Assembly: GCF_963921235.1 (NCBI RefSeq)
Contig: NC_086097.1
Coordinates: 234,548,001 to 234,612,000, forward strand
Reading direction: 5' to 3'
Source of the DNA: Mobula hypostoma
Taxonomy: Eukaryota
Length of the DNA: 64,000 bases
The notes beneath the pieces are model-generated. The model saw only the letters and a program-made list of their open reading frames with translations. It was not told where the DNA came from and did no database searches. The position numbers were made by a program, and so were the translations under genes. This document shows positions 49,990 through 62,880 of this stretch, piece by piece. Positions within the stretch are counted from its first letter, which is position 1; every line of letters begins with the position of its first letter.

Positions 49990-51810
49990 TAACTATTAAG
50001 GAAAGATACTTGCGTGGATAGAAGACTGACTAACTGGAAGGAGGCAAAGTGTGAGAATAAAGAGGGCCCTTTCTGATTGGCTACCAGTGACTAGTCATGT
50101 GCCATAGGGGTCGGTGTTAGGACCACTTCTTTTTATGTTATATGCCAATGATTTTGATGAAGGAATTGATGGCTTTTTGGCCAAATTTGCTAGCAATAAA
50201 GAATGTAGAGGGACAGGTAGCGTTGAGGAAGCAGGGTGTCTGCAGAAAGACTTAAGCAGACTGAGAAAATGAGCAGAGGTGGCAGAAGGAATATAGTCTA
50301 GGAAAGAGCATGTTCATGCACTTTGGTAGAAGGAATAAAGGAATAAATAGAACTATTTTATGTTACATGCCTCAAGGAGATGTGATTTTTTTTGTGAGAA
50401 TGATGTAATGCTCTTTTGGAGTTCACCTGATGTAATTTTCCCACCGATATGAGGTCACGTGCACCATGGGTATATAAGGGAAGACCCCAGATGACGCAGT
50501 TAGCTTTTAGTTTTTAGATTTCCAGCTAGAACGTACTGTGTCTCCGTTTCTGTTGCGTATTTGTTTTTATGATGCAGTTTCCTTTTTAAAACGGTTGTTA
50601 CGTTCTGTTGCAAGGTACAATAGTGCTGGATTGGCAATTTTTGCTAGATGTGTTGATGTACCTTATTCCAGCAGTAGTATGGGGAAGTGAAGACTTTATC
50701 GAAGCACAGGACCCGAAGGATTGAGAGGAGTCGGCATCGTTCAGCAGTTTAACAAAGGATCGACCTTATTGAGTCTTCGTTGAAGGAGTAGTGACCTGCA
50801 TCGAGGATAACTCTTGCCAAAAGAGAGGGGTGTTCATGTGGGATTTGCTCTCTAGAAGAATTTAAGGTCAGTTGTTTTAAACTGTTTATTTCGCTCATTT
50901 TTGCATTTAATGCTTTCAGAACCAGTGCCGAGTGACGATTTGTTGAACGGCTGCACAGCGGTTAACTTCCGGTTAAGGTTTTCTTTTTTTTTATTGTTTA
51001 TCCGTGTTTAATAAATGTTTGGTTGTTTTTATATAACCTGTCTCGATTGATATTCATTGTTGCCGGTTACGTAACATTTATAAATGGAGAGAAAATTCAA
51101 AAATCAAAGGTTGCATAGGAAATTGTGAGCCCTCATACAGGATTCCCCGGCCTAATGGTTAACTTGTGGGTTGAGTCCATGGCAACTGCAAAGTTCATGT
51201 TTTAAGAAGACTAGAATACAAAAGTAAAGATGTAATGTTGGGGCTTTATAAGGCATTGGTCAAACCACACTTGGAGTATTGTCAGCAGCTTTGAGTCCCT
51301 TATCTAAGAAAAGATGCACTAGCACTGGAGAGGGTCCAGAGGTGGTTCACAAGAATGATTCCAGGAATGAAAGGGTTAACATATAAGGAGCGTTTGATGG
51401 CTCTGGATCTGTACTTACTAGAGTTTAGAAGAGTGAGGGTCAATATCATTGAAGCCTGTTGAAAACTGGAAGGCCTAGGTAGATTAGATGTGGAGAGCAT
51501 GTTTCCAATAGTGGATGACTCGAGGACCAGAGGGCACAGCCTCAGAATAGAGGGGTATTCATTTAGAACAGAGGTCAAGAAATTTTTCATTAGCCGGAGG
51601 GCGGTGAATCTGTGGAGTTCAATGCCATCGATGGCTATGCAGGCCAAGTCATTGTGTATATTTAAGGTGGGGGTTGATAGGTTCTTGATTAATGGGCATC
51701 AAAGGTTATGGAGAGAAGGCAGGAGAATGCAGTTGAGAGTGATAGTAAATTAGCCATGATGGGATGGTGGAGAAATCTTGATTGGCTGAATGGTCCTTGT
51801 CTTATGGTTT
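49990..51810 (+). mobile_element. Degenerate CR1 (RT to 3' end) interrupted by a solo LTR
   Basis: CR1 sequence reads through ...aactatttta|taaatggagagaaaattc once the insert is removed. Confidence 0.85.
50361..51076 (+). mobile_element. Solo LTR (716 bp, 4-bp TSD; Gypsy- or ERV-like)
   Basis: TGTTAC...GTAACA inverted termini; TSD TTTA (50357-50360, 51077-51080); TATATAA near 50471 and AATAAA near 51010. Confidence 0.85.
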
Positions 51811-51823
51811 CTCCACCGCAACA

Positions 51824-52032
51824 GTAGCAGTAGTGGCACCTGTTAGTCTCGCGAGACCATGGACCTGCGCCTGGAAAGTCTTGCTTCAGTCTCTGTTAGA
51901 GCAGCGTCTGTTGTGGCTGTAGAGGCCCACACGGGAGTGTCAGTCTCGGCTGCAGTGGCTGCGCTTGAAGGCACTGTCCCCTGGTGTTGTCTTGGTGCTG
52001 TTTTTCCGACGAGTGTGCTCCTTGGAAAAACA
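51824..52032 (-). mobile_element. RTE LINE extreme 3' end with C-terminal zinc-finger remnant
   Basis: 11-bp TSD CCACCGCAACA (51813-51823, 52033-52043); minus strand encodes FKRSHCSRD*HSRVGLYSHNRRC. Confidence 0.8.
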
Positions 52033-52420
52033 CCACCGCAACAAAAGTAAGCTTAATAATCATTGATCTGATCCATAAGATATCATTCAAATTATTCTCA
52101 AAACTATTCGGCATAATGTTAATATCTTATTCAGCTGTTTTACTGAGTGATCACTTAGTTATAAATAATATTATCACAGTCCTGAGCAGTAATCTAAACA
52201 TCCTCCCTCATAAATGGCAGACGAATTTTTTTAGTGCTGATGACCCCAGATTATGGAAAAGTTGCATTCTTAGAATACTCTCCATATCATGATTTTCCAT
52301 AGTCCAAACCCTTTTAACTGGAGATGCATTCCTACAGGATATTTTTCTCCTAATAGTTAAGAGCATCTCCTATTTAAGAGATTTGCTTTGGAAACGGAAG
52401 AGGCAATCTCGATTTATACA

Positions 52421-52564
52421 ACACACACAAAATGTTGGAGGAACTCGGCAGGCCAGACAGCCTCTAGGAAAGAGTACAGTCAGCTTTTCGAGCTGAAACA
52501 TTGACTGTACTCTCTTTCTAGATGCTGTCAGGCCTGATGAATTCCTCCAGCATTTTCTGTGTGC
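52421..52564. repeat. Palindromic Penelope terminal-repeat derivative
   Basis: About 70-bp inverted arms acacaaaatg.tggaggaactc...gagtacagtca / tgactgtactc...ga.ttcctccagcatttt.tgtgtg. Confidence 0.75.
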
Positions 52565-53001
52565 GCTGAAGATTTTCCCTTGTTTGTGAGGCAATCTCTT
52601 AAATGGCCAGCAGCTGAATTTGGAGACACAAGCAACAGTGAAAGCTTATCAGTTTATAACCTTCAGTTTGAATGGAGACATATCCGTTTAAGTGCATATC
52701 CAATATGGGTAAGATAGTTTAATGAAATAACAGTGATGGTTTATGTTTAAAACCTGTTCTTAAAATTGCTGGCCACATTCAGAAACTTTTCTGAAACTTT
52801 TAGAATAAATAATATGGAAAAGTCTTGAAAATGTGCTGGCAAAAGTGTTTTAAATAGCTTCATCTCTCATCAAATGTGAGTTGAGGAAATCAAAACAGAC
52901 AAAACTTGTTGTTTTATTCACAGTTTGTGTTTATTTATTTATTCCCACCCTCAATGAATTCTATAAGAGCAAATTTTATTCAATAGGTTGGATTTTTGGT
53001 A

Positions 53002-53645
53002 GTTGCTGGCATTTATAGCAAGAGGATTCGAGTACAGGAGCAGGGAGGTACTACTGCAGTTGTACAAGGCCTTGGTGAGACCACACCTGGAGTATTGTGT
53101 GCAATTTTGGTCCCCTAATCTGAGGAAAGACATCTTTGCCATAGAGGGAGTACAAAGAAGGTTCACCAGATTGATTCCTGGGATGGCAAGACTTTCATAT
53201 GAAGAAAGACTGGATGAACTGGGCTTGTACTCGTTGGAATTTAGAAGATTGAGGGGGGATCTGATTGAAACGTATAAGATCCTGAAGGGATTGGACAGGC
53301 TAGATGCGGGAAGATTGTTCCCGATGTTGGGGAGGTCCAGAACGAAGGGTCACAGTTTGAGGATAGAGGGGAAGCCTTTTAGGACCGAGATTAGGAAAAA
53401 CTTCTTCACACAGAGAGTGGTGAATCTGTGGAATTCTCTGCCACAGCAAACTGTTGAGGCCGGTTCATTGGCTGTGTTTAAGAGGAAGTTAGATATGGCC
53501 CTTGTGGCTACAGGGGTCAGGGGGTATGGAGGGAAGGCTGGGTTCTGAGTTGGATGATCAGCCATGATCATAATAAATGGCGGTGCAGGCTCGAAGGGCC
53601 GAATGGCCTACTCCTGCACCTATTTTCTATGTTTCTATGTTTCTA
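53002..53645 (+). mobile_element. CR1 3' fragment (copy C subfamily)
   Basis: ORF 53003-53548 is nearly identical to the C-terminus of 24895-25767. Confidence 0.93.
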
Positions 53646-54351
53646 AATGACTCTGTAATCCACTGCCCATGCCCTGATTTAACACATCTGCTTCAGGTGC
53701 CAGCAGTGTTGAGGCTTTCACATTTTGGGATTCATAAAGGAGCAGCTAGAGGACGTGCTTTTAAGGTGAGAAGGTCTAAGTTCAAAGGAGATATGTGGGG
53801 CAAGTACTTACATGGAGAATTTTGAGTGCCTGCTAGGTAGTGAAGGCAGATACAATAGAGGCTTTTAAAAGATAGACACAAGAATGTACAGAGAACATTA
53901 TGTGGACAGGAGAAACTGGTTTTGTTAGCCATTTAACTAGTAGTTTAATTAGTTTGGCACAAAATCATAGGTTGGATTTTCTGTTCCTGTTCTACTTATA
54001 ATCTCCTACCCATATTTTATTTGGTGTTCACAACATTAGCTTTACTACAGATAGGGTTAAGGCAATGGCATGCATAGGCTGCAGCAGAAACACAACACAG
54101 ATTTAAAAAATCCTTCCTAACTCTTAGGTTAATAACAGGATGTTTTATTTTAAATTGTTCTCTTCTTTCAACATAGAACATAGAACAATACAGAAAAATA
54201 TGGGCCCTTCAGCCCATAATGTTGTGGCCTCCTGTACAAACCATTCTATGGTCAATCTAACTCTTCTCTTCTACACAACCCATAAGCCTCTATTGTTTTG
54301 TCATCCATGTGCCTATTTAAGGGTTTCTTAAATGTCTCTGTTGTATCAACC

Positions 54352-54583
54352 TGATGCACCTTCAATTACTCCAAAAGACTGGAAGTAGGGTAAATACTGA
54401 AAGGCTTTTATTCGCAGTAAAATGTGACCTCCATGCTGAGTGTCTGCCCCTGGACTGAGGAGGAAGAGCAAAGGCGAAATCGCCTTTATTCAGGTGTCTG
54501 TGGGAGGAGTCACAGGGGCAGTCAGCAGAGGAGCATTTCCAGACAGGTAACCCAGTTACAACATATATATATAGTTTACCACA
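54352..54583 (-). mobile_element. Short solo LTR (232 bp, 5-bp TSD) inside a minus-strand CR1 tail
   Basis: TG...CA ends; TSD CAACC (54347-54351, 54584-54588); AATAAA on the minus strand; the host CR1 tail (about 54170-54690) is continuous. Confidence 0.8.
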
Positions 54584-54689
54584 CAACCTCAACCACCACT
54601 TCTGATAGTGCGTTTCAGGCGCCTACCACTCCTCAGTGTAAAAAAGTCTATCTCTAACATCTCCCCATACACTTTTCTCCACTCACCTT

Positions 54690-55405
54690 AATCAGACATC
54701 CTTCTGTATTGGCCAGTGCTGCCCAAGTGAGGCAACACTTCATTTGTGAGTCTGTTGGGGTCATGTATTGCATCCGGTGCTCCCGGTGCGGCCTCCTCTA
54801 CATCGGTGAAACCCGACGCAGATTGGGGGACCGCTTCGTCGAGCACCTCCACTCTGTCCGCCAAAACAGACAGGATCTCCCAGTAGCCACCCACTTCAAC
54901 TCTGCTTCCCACTTCCATTCAGTTATGTCCATACATGGCCTCCTCTACTGCCATGGTGAGGCCAAACTCAGGTTGGAGGAGCTACACCTCATATACCGTC
55001 CAGGTAGTCTTCAGCCCCTTGGTATGAACATAGAATTTTCCAAATTCCGGTAATTCCCTCCCCCTCCCTTCCTGTATCCCTATGTCAATCTGCTCCCTCC
55101 CCCAGCTGCCTACCACCTCCCTCTTGGTTCCGCCTCTTTCCATTGTGTTTTCCCCTATTCTTTCTTCACCTTTCCTGCCTATCATCTCCCTGCTTCCCCT
55201 CCCAAACCCCTTTATCTTTCCCTCTACTGGTTTTTCACCTGGAACCTACCAGCCTTCTGCTTCCCACCCTTCCCCCATTTTCTTTATAGTGCCTCTGCCC
55301 CTTCCCTCTACAGTCCTGACGAAGGGTTCCGGCCCGAAACATCGACTGATCATTTCCACGGATGCTGCTCGACCTGCTGAGTTTCTCCAGCGTATTGTGA
55401 GTGTT
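54690..55405 (+). mobile_element. Penelope-like element 3' part: GIY-YIG endonuclease C-terminus plus terminal repeat
   Basis: ORF 54709-55053 GVMYCIRCSRCGLLYIGETRRRLGDRFVEH...GMNIEF; pyrimidine tract; hammerhead motif. Confidence 0.9.
55311..55348 (+). ncRNA. Minimal type I hammerhead ribozyme motif (Penelope-associated)
   Basis: CAGTC-CTGACGA-AGGG ttccgg CCC-GAAA-CATC-GACTG: stem I CAGTC/GACTG, core CUGANGA and GAAA, stem II GGG/CCC. Confidence 0.75.
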
Positions 55406-56112
55406 AAAAATAAGTTCAAGTTTGGTAGGGCAGTAAAAATGTAACTAGCCTTGTTAGGCTCCTAAGTCCTATTTTGTAAATGTCAGTCCTTTTCTATATT
55501 GACTGAGTTCCAAGTGCAAAGTAATATTGTAATTAAAGTTTAGTTAAAACTTTAGTTGCCTCTTCCACTTTCTCTCTCAACCTGGGTAATTTAGCCATCG
55601 CAACTTGCCACCTGTGAACGTTAAAACTTGATTGCAATGAGCACCAACCAGTAAGCTATTGACATTTACTGAAGTCTGTCACATTTTGAACATTTTAGAA
55701 GTTTCCTGCTGGGAAATTCCTCAGAGTTGTTTCTCCATTGCAGACCAGAAGATGTGGCTTAGATTTTAATTGGGAATTCTGCAGAATTTCCACTGAAGGA
55801 GGCCAAGTCATTGGGTATATTTAAAGCAGACGTTGATAGGTACTTAATTAGTAAGAGCATCAAGGTTATAAGGAGAAGGCAGGAGAATGGGGTTGCAAGG
55901 GAGAAGAAATTCAACCATGATAGAAGAGCAGAGCAGCCTAAATGGGCTGATTGCCTAATTGTGCTCTTATGTCTTATAGTTGTGTGGTCCTGTGATGTAG
56001 TTGGGGTGCAAAAGTAAGAAGATATCCACGCAAAGTGTACAAAATTTTCCAGGCAGACACCTTAGTCCCTTTCACTTTGGGTTCCTATGCTTTCTGATCT
56101 ATCCACACTTCA

Positions 56113-57000
56113 CAGTCATAGTCATAATCATACTTTATTGATCCCAGGGGAAATTGGTTTTTGTTACAGTTGCACCATAAATAATAAATAGTAATAAAAC
56201 CATAAATAGTTAAATAGTAATATGTAAATTATGCCAGGAAACAAGTCCAGGACCAGCCTATTGGCTCAGGGTGTCTAACTCTCCAAGGGAGGAGTTGTAA
56301 AGTTTGATGGCCACAGGCAGGAATGACTTCCTATGACGCTCTGTGTTGCATCTCGGTGGAATGAGTCTCTGGCTGAATGTACTCCTGTGCCCAACCAGTA
56401 CATTATGTAGTGGATGGGAGACATTGTCCAAGATGGCATGCAACTTGGACAGCATCCTCTTTTCAGACACCACCGTCAGAGAGCCCAGTTCCATCCCCAC
56501 AACATCACTGGCCTTACGAATAAGTTTGTTGATTCTGTTGGTGTCTGTTACCCTCAGCCTGCTGCCCCAGCACACAACAGCAAACATGATAGCACTGGCC
56601 ACCACAGACTCGTAGAACATCCTCAGCATCGTCCGGCAGATGTTAAAGGACCTCAGTCTCCTCAGGAAATAGAGACGGCTCTGACCCTTCTTGTAGACAG
56701 CCTCGGTGTTCTTAGACCAGTCCAGTTTATTATCAATTCGTATCCCCAGGTATTTGTAATCCTCCACCATGTCCACACTGACCCCCTGGATAGAAACAGG
56801 GGTCACCGGTACCTTAGCTCTCCTCAGGTCTACCACCTGCTCCTTAGTCTTTTTCACATTAAGCTGCAGATAATTCTGCTCACACCATGTGACAAAGTTT
56901 CCTACCATAGCCCTGTACTCAGCCTCATCTCCCTTGCTGATGCATCCAACTGTGGCAGAGTCATCAGAAAACTTCTGAAGGTGACAAGACTGACTTGCCT
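56113..57000 (-). mobile_element. 5'-truncated Rex1/Babar-like LINE with an uninterrupted C-terminal ORF
   Basis: ORF 56258-57028 LQKFSDDS..WCEQNYLQLNVKKTKE..YKYLG..RLYFLRRLRSF; (atgact)n tail. Confidence 0.9.
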
Positions 57001-57059
57001 GCTCTTCACCCATTGAAAAGGAAATCACTCTTAAAACATGGCTATATACCTAATATCTA

Positions 57060-57560
57060 CCTGAAGGAAAGGTATGAATAAGATTGAAAGAGTGCAGAGA
57101 AAATTTACAAGGATGTTGCCAGGATTTAAGGACCTGAGTTATAGAGAAAGGTTGAATAGGTTCAGACATTATTCCCTATAGTGTACGAGAATGAGGGGAG
57201 ACTTGATAGAGGTATACAACATTATGAGGGGTATACATAGGGCAAATGAGAACACTGAGGTTGGGTGAGACTAGAACTAGAGGTCACAGGTTAGGGCGAA
57301 AGGTGAAATATTAAAGGGTAACATTAGGGGGAACTTCTCCACTCAGAGCATGGTGAGAGTGTGGAATAAATTGCCTGCAGAAGCAGTGGATGTAGGTTCA
57401 ATTCCAACATTTAAGAGAAATTTGGACAGGTACATGATTGGGAGGGGTATGGAAGGCTATAGAACAGTGCAGGTCAATAGGACTATGCAGAATAATAGAT
57501 TCTCAAGGACTAGATGGGCTGAAGGGTCCGTTTTGATACTGTAGTGTTCTATGACTCCAT
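57060..57560 (+). mobile_element. CR1 3' fragment
   Basis: agaatgaggggagacttgatagagg..; MVRVWNKLP; ttctatga tail. Confidence 0.85.
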
Positions 57561-57779
57561 GATCACATTGGTTGTAAACACAGAGAACCAATTGGCAGCC
57601 AGATAATTACAGAGAAAACCATCAACATGCTTATGACGCCCTTTTGGTGCCTGGACTGACTGACTGCAAGTTGGCCTTCAATACTGAGCATCCAGAGCTT
57701 CAGCAAACAACATGGTACATGATGTTCAGACCTGCAGAAGGGATAGGGCACAGATTACAACACCTGTCCAGACCTTTTA

Positions 57780-60530
57780 ATAAAAGGAATAAAAGCATAG
57801 ACTATTTTCTAAATGGTGAGCAAATTCAAAATCAAAGGTGGAAAGGACTTGGGAGTCCTTGTACAGGATCCCCTAAAGGTTTACACGCAGGTTGAGTCTG
57901 TGGTGGGGAAGGCAAATGCAACATTGTCATTCATCTTGAGGGGACTAGAATATAAAAACACGGATGTAATGCTGAGGCTAGAAAAGGCTCTGGTGAGGCC
58001 TCACATGGAGTACTGTGAGCAGTATTGGGCCCCCTTATCTAAGAAAGGATGTGCTGGCATTGGAGAAGGCTCAAAGAGGTTTACAAAAATGATTCTAGGA
58101 ATAAAAGGCTTATCATATGAGAAGAGTTTGATGGCTTTGGGCCTGTACTCACTGGAATTTGGAAGAATGAGGGGAAATGTCACTGAAACCTAACAAGTGT
58201 TGAAAGATCTAGATAGAGTTGATGTGGAGAGGAAGTTGAAACAGACTTCATTAACACCCATGTGGATGAGTGTTTGCCTATGAAAACTTACTGACCATTC
58301 CCAAACCAAAAGCAGTGGATGAACCAAGAGGTCCGTTGCCTGCTGAGGACTAGATCTGTGGCATTTAAGTCTGGTGTCCCAGGCCTGCACAAAAAAAAGG
58401 TATGATTTTCGGAGGGCCATTTCAAGAGCGAAGAACAATTCTGAACAAGATTGGAGGCGACAACGGATGCACATCAACTCTGGCAGAGTTTGCAGGACAT
58501 TACTTCCTACAAAGTGAAATCCAGCGATGCTTTACCACCAAATGAGCTCACCACCTTGTATGCCCACTTTGAAAGGGAGAAAATAATTACAGCAGTAAAG
58601 TTCCCTGCTGCACCTGACGACCCTGTGATCTCTGTCTCGGAGGCCAACTTCAGGCTGTCTTTCAGGAGGGTAAACCCTTGTAAGGTGGCAGGCCCTGATG
58701 AAATACTTGGTAAGGCGCTGAAAACTTGTGCCAACCAACTGGTGGGAGTATTCAAGGACATTTTCAACCTCTCACTGCTACAGTCAGTAGTTCCCATCTG
58801 CGTTAAAAACACAACAATTATAACAGTGCCTAAGAAGAGTAGTGTGAGCTGCCTTAATGACTAATGTCCAGTAGTACTCACATTTACGGTGGTGAAATGC
58901 TTTGAGAGGTTAGTCATGGTTAGAAACAACTCCTGCCTCAACAAGGATCAGAACCCACTGCAATTTGCCTATCGCCACAATAAGTCTATGGCAGAAGCAA
59001 TCTCAATGGCTCTTTACATGGCCTTAGATTACCAGGACAATACAAACACTCATGTCAGGATGTTGTTCATTGACCATATCTCCATGTTTAACACCATCGT
59101 TCCTACAGTCCTGACCCTGATCGATAAGCTGCAGAACCTGTACCTCATTCTGCAATTGGATCCTCGACTTCCTAACCAGAAGATCACAATCTGTGCGGAT
59201 TGGTGATAATATCTCCTCCTCGCTGACGATCAGCACTGGCACACCTCAGAGGTGTGTGCTTAGCTCACTGTTCTACTCCCTCTATACCCATGACTATATG
59301 GCTAGGTATAGCTCAAATTCCAACTATAAATTTGCTGAAGACACAACCATTGTTTGTAGAACCTTAGATGGAAATGAAGGGGCATACAGGAGTGAGATAT
59401 ACCAGCTAGTTGAGTGATGTCACAGCAACAGCCTTGCACTTGATGCCAGTAAGACGAAAGAGCTGATTGTGGACTTCAGGAAACCTAAGATGAGGGAACA
59501 CAAACTAAACTTCATAGAGGGATCGAAAGTGGAGAGAGTGAGTGATTTCAAGTTCCTGAGTGTCAAGATCTCTGAGGATCTAACCTGGTCCCAACATATC
59601 GATGCAGCTATAAAGAAGACAAGACAGTGGCTATGTTTCATTAGGAGTTTGAAGAGATTTTGTTTGTCACTCGAAAACTTCTATAGATGTACTGTGGAGA
59701 GCACTCTGACAGGTTGTGTTACTGTTTGGTATGGGGGTCTTCTGCACATTGCTGAAAAAAACTACAGTAAGTTGTAAAATTAGTCAGCTCCATCTTGAGT
59801 ACTCGCCTCTGTAGTATCCAAGACATCTTCAAGGAGCAGTGCCTCAGAAAGGTGGCGTCCAGTATTAAGGACCCCCATCACCCAGGACATGCCCTCCTCT
59901 CATTGTTACCATCAGGAAGGAGATACAGAAGACTGAAGCCACACATTCAGCGATTCAGGAATATCTTCTTTCCCTCCACCATGCATTTCCTAAATGGACA
60001 TTAAATCTATAAACACTACCTCACTTTATATATTATTTCTGTTTTGCACTATTTTAATCTATTGAATATTCATTTATATACTTACTGCAATTGATTTACT
60101 TATTTATTTTTTCCCTTCTATATTATCATGTATTGCATTGAACTGCTGCTGCTAAGTTAACAAATTTCACAACACGTGCCAGTGATAAATAACCTGATTT
60201 GGCTTCTGTAGTGAGGGAGGATAGAACTAAAGAGCACAATCTCTGAATAGAGGGATGTCCTTTTAGAATGGAGATGAGGAGGAAGTTCTTCAGCAAGAGG
60301 GTGATGAATCTGTGGAAGTCATTGCCACAGGCGGGTGTGGAGTCCAAGTCATTAGGTATATTTAAGGCAGAGTTTGATAGATTCTTGATAAGTCAGAGCA
60401 TGAAAGGTTACAGGGAGAAAGCAGGAGAACGGAGTTGAAAAGGCAATGGATCAGCCATGATGAAATGGCAGAGCAGAGTCAATAGGCTGAATGGTCTAAT
60501 TCTGCTCCTATGTCTTATGGTCTTATGATT
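57780..60530 (+). mobile_element. CR1 fragment (57780-58235 and 60205-60530) split by a Rex1/Babar-like LINE
   Basis: CR1 stops at gatgtggagagga and resumes at ttctgtagtgagggagg.tagaac. Confidence 0.8.
58236..60204 (+). mobile_element. Degenerate Rex1/Babar-like LINE (about 2 kb)
   Basis: [61 protein letters not shown]. Confidence 0.88.
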
Positions 60531-60774
60531 TTTTCAAAGAGGAGGGATACGTAGCAATAGATCAAAATTGGTTTGCTTGGGTTGAAGGTGGTTTATGGTC
60601 TTCATTATAATTATTTTCTGAGATTGCCTACAGATTCACCTTTCAGCAGAATTATCCCTTAAGGTATGTAATGGGGATGTGCTGTGGGTATATTCCCACT
60701 GATAGAACTTTAATTCACTTTGCAGAAATCAAATCTGAGTCAAGTAAGAAATAACCTTTAGGAAATAAAAAATG

Positions 60775-61790
60775 GTCTTCATAGATCAAAGCACTGAGTA
60801 CACGAGATGGGATGTTATGCTGAAGTTGTATAAGACATTAGTGAGGCCTAATTTGGAGTATTGTGTGAAGTTTTGGTCACCTACCTATAGGAAAGATGAA
60901 AATCAGGTTGAAAGAGTATAGAGAAAATTTGCAAGGATATTGCAGGCCTGGAGGACCTGAGTGATAAGGAAATACTCAATAGGTAAGATTGTTTTCCTTG
61001 CAGCATAGAAGGTTGAGAGGAGATTTGATAGAATATACAAATTTTGAAGAGTATAGATAGGGTAAATGCAAGCAAGCTTTTTCCACTGAGGTTGGGTGGG
61101 ACTACAACTAGACTTCAAAGTTCAAATAAACTTTATTATCAGTGTACATACATACATGTCATCTCATATTATCGTGCATACGAAGCGAATTCATAGAGCA
61201 GTAATGGACAACAAACTGTGCAAATGCAAATATAAATAAAGGGCAATAAAAAGTGAGCATGAAAGAGCAAGATAAAGAGCCCCTAAGGTGAGAACACCAG
61301 AAGTAGAATAGGTGTAGTTATCCCTTTTTGTTCAGGAGCATGATAGTTGAAGGGTACTAACTGTTCTTGAACCTGATGGTGCAAGTCCTGAGGCTCTTGT
61401 ACCTTCTACTCGATGACAGCAGTGAGAAAAGAGCATGGCCTGAGTGGTGAGGATCTTTCCTACAGCAACATTTCATGTAGATGTATTTAATGGTTGGGAG
61501 GGTTTCACAGGTCATGGGTAAAGGGTGAAAGGTGAAAAGTTTAAGGGGAGCATGAGAGGAAACGTCTTCGCTCAGATGGTTGTGAGAGCGTAGAACAAGT
61601 TGCCAGCACAAGCGGTGCATGCAAGCTCGGTTTGCATGTTTAAGAGAAGCTTGGCAGGTACATAGATGTTAGGCCAGTAGAGGGCTATGATACTGGTGGA
61701 AGTCAATGGGAGTAGGGAGCAGCTTAAATGATGCAGCATGGACCAGATGGGCCAAAGAATCTGTCTCTATGCTGTACTTTTCTAAGACTC
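60775..61790 (+). mobile_element. CR1 3' fragment interrupted by a minus-strand Rex-like tail (about 61112-61505)
   Basis: CR1 ..actacaactaga| resumes at |ggtcatggg; the insert begins with a ttcaaagttcaaa tail. Confidence 0.78.
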
Positions 61791-62619
61791 TAAATAGGTG
61801 CCCAATTTTAAATAGTCCAACTCGTGATCAAACTGTTGCCTGTTGATAAACTCCAAAAAACGTTGCATGAGTCCTAGGGGAGCTGATGAGAGATGACAGT
61901 AGAGAAGTTCAATCTCAGTCGTTTGCATAAAGTTAACAACTTTCACGTATTCAATACTTGTCCTGCATTTGAATTGGTTGTGGGATACTGAGTTCATAAC
62001 CCTGCCTAAAGCTACAATTTGTTTGATTAACAAGCTTGTTTTATTCAAAAAGATTACTTGCCACCTAATACTCTTGATTATATGGCCCCATTTCTTAAAA
62101 ACATAGCTTTAAGGAAAGGTGGAGTGCATGGCAAAGTTTGTTTTTACTCTGCTGGATCACTATATTTACATAAAAAAAAACTGAATAAAGAGTGGAGAAG
62201 TTCAAACTTTTTCTAATTCTCAGTATCTTAATAAAAGTAACTGACATTATGAGACTACCATAACTGCACTTGTAAAAATGGTCACTAGTGAGGCTTAAAC
62301 TAAATTGATTTAAATATTTATAACACTACAGAAGACACTGTTAGCAATAACTCCAAAGTAAACATTAAAATCTATTGATTTCAAAAAGTTTGTCTCTCTG
62401 CACCTATTTGCAAGGCTGTGAGGAGAGATTAGAACTTTAAATTGCCACCACAGAAACATTTGGCTTCCCTCTGTGCCGTAACACAGTGGAAACTAAATGA
62501 GATTGCTTATAAAATAGGTGCAAAAATTCATTATATTGATTTATGATAGAAGCTATTAAGCCCATCTAGACCCTACAGAGGATAGTAAAAATCAGCAAGA
62601 GGATAACTGGGGTTTCCCT

Positions 62620-62880
62620 CTTGCCCCTTTTGTTCTAGTGCCTGATGGTTGAGGGGTAGTAACTGTTCTAGTAGGGTGAGTCCTGAGGCACCTGTACCTT
62701 CTACCTGATGGCAGCAGCGAGAAAAGAGCATGGCCTGGGTGGTGAGGATCTCTGATGATAGATGCTGCTTTCCCATCACAACATTTCATATAGATGTGCT
62801 CAACGGTTGGAAGGGTTTTTACTAACTTTTGTTGGATTTTCTGCTCAAAGGCATTGGTGTTCCCATAGCAGGCCGTGATA
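62620..62880 (-). mobile_element. Rex1/Babar-like C-terminal fragment
   Basis: IIRDPHHPGHALFSLLPSGRRYR. Confidence 0.75.
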
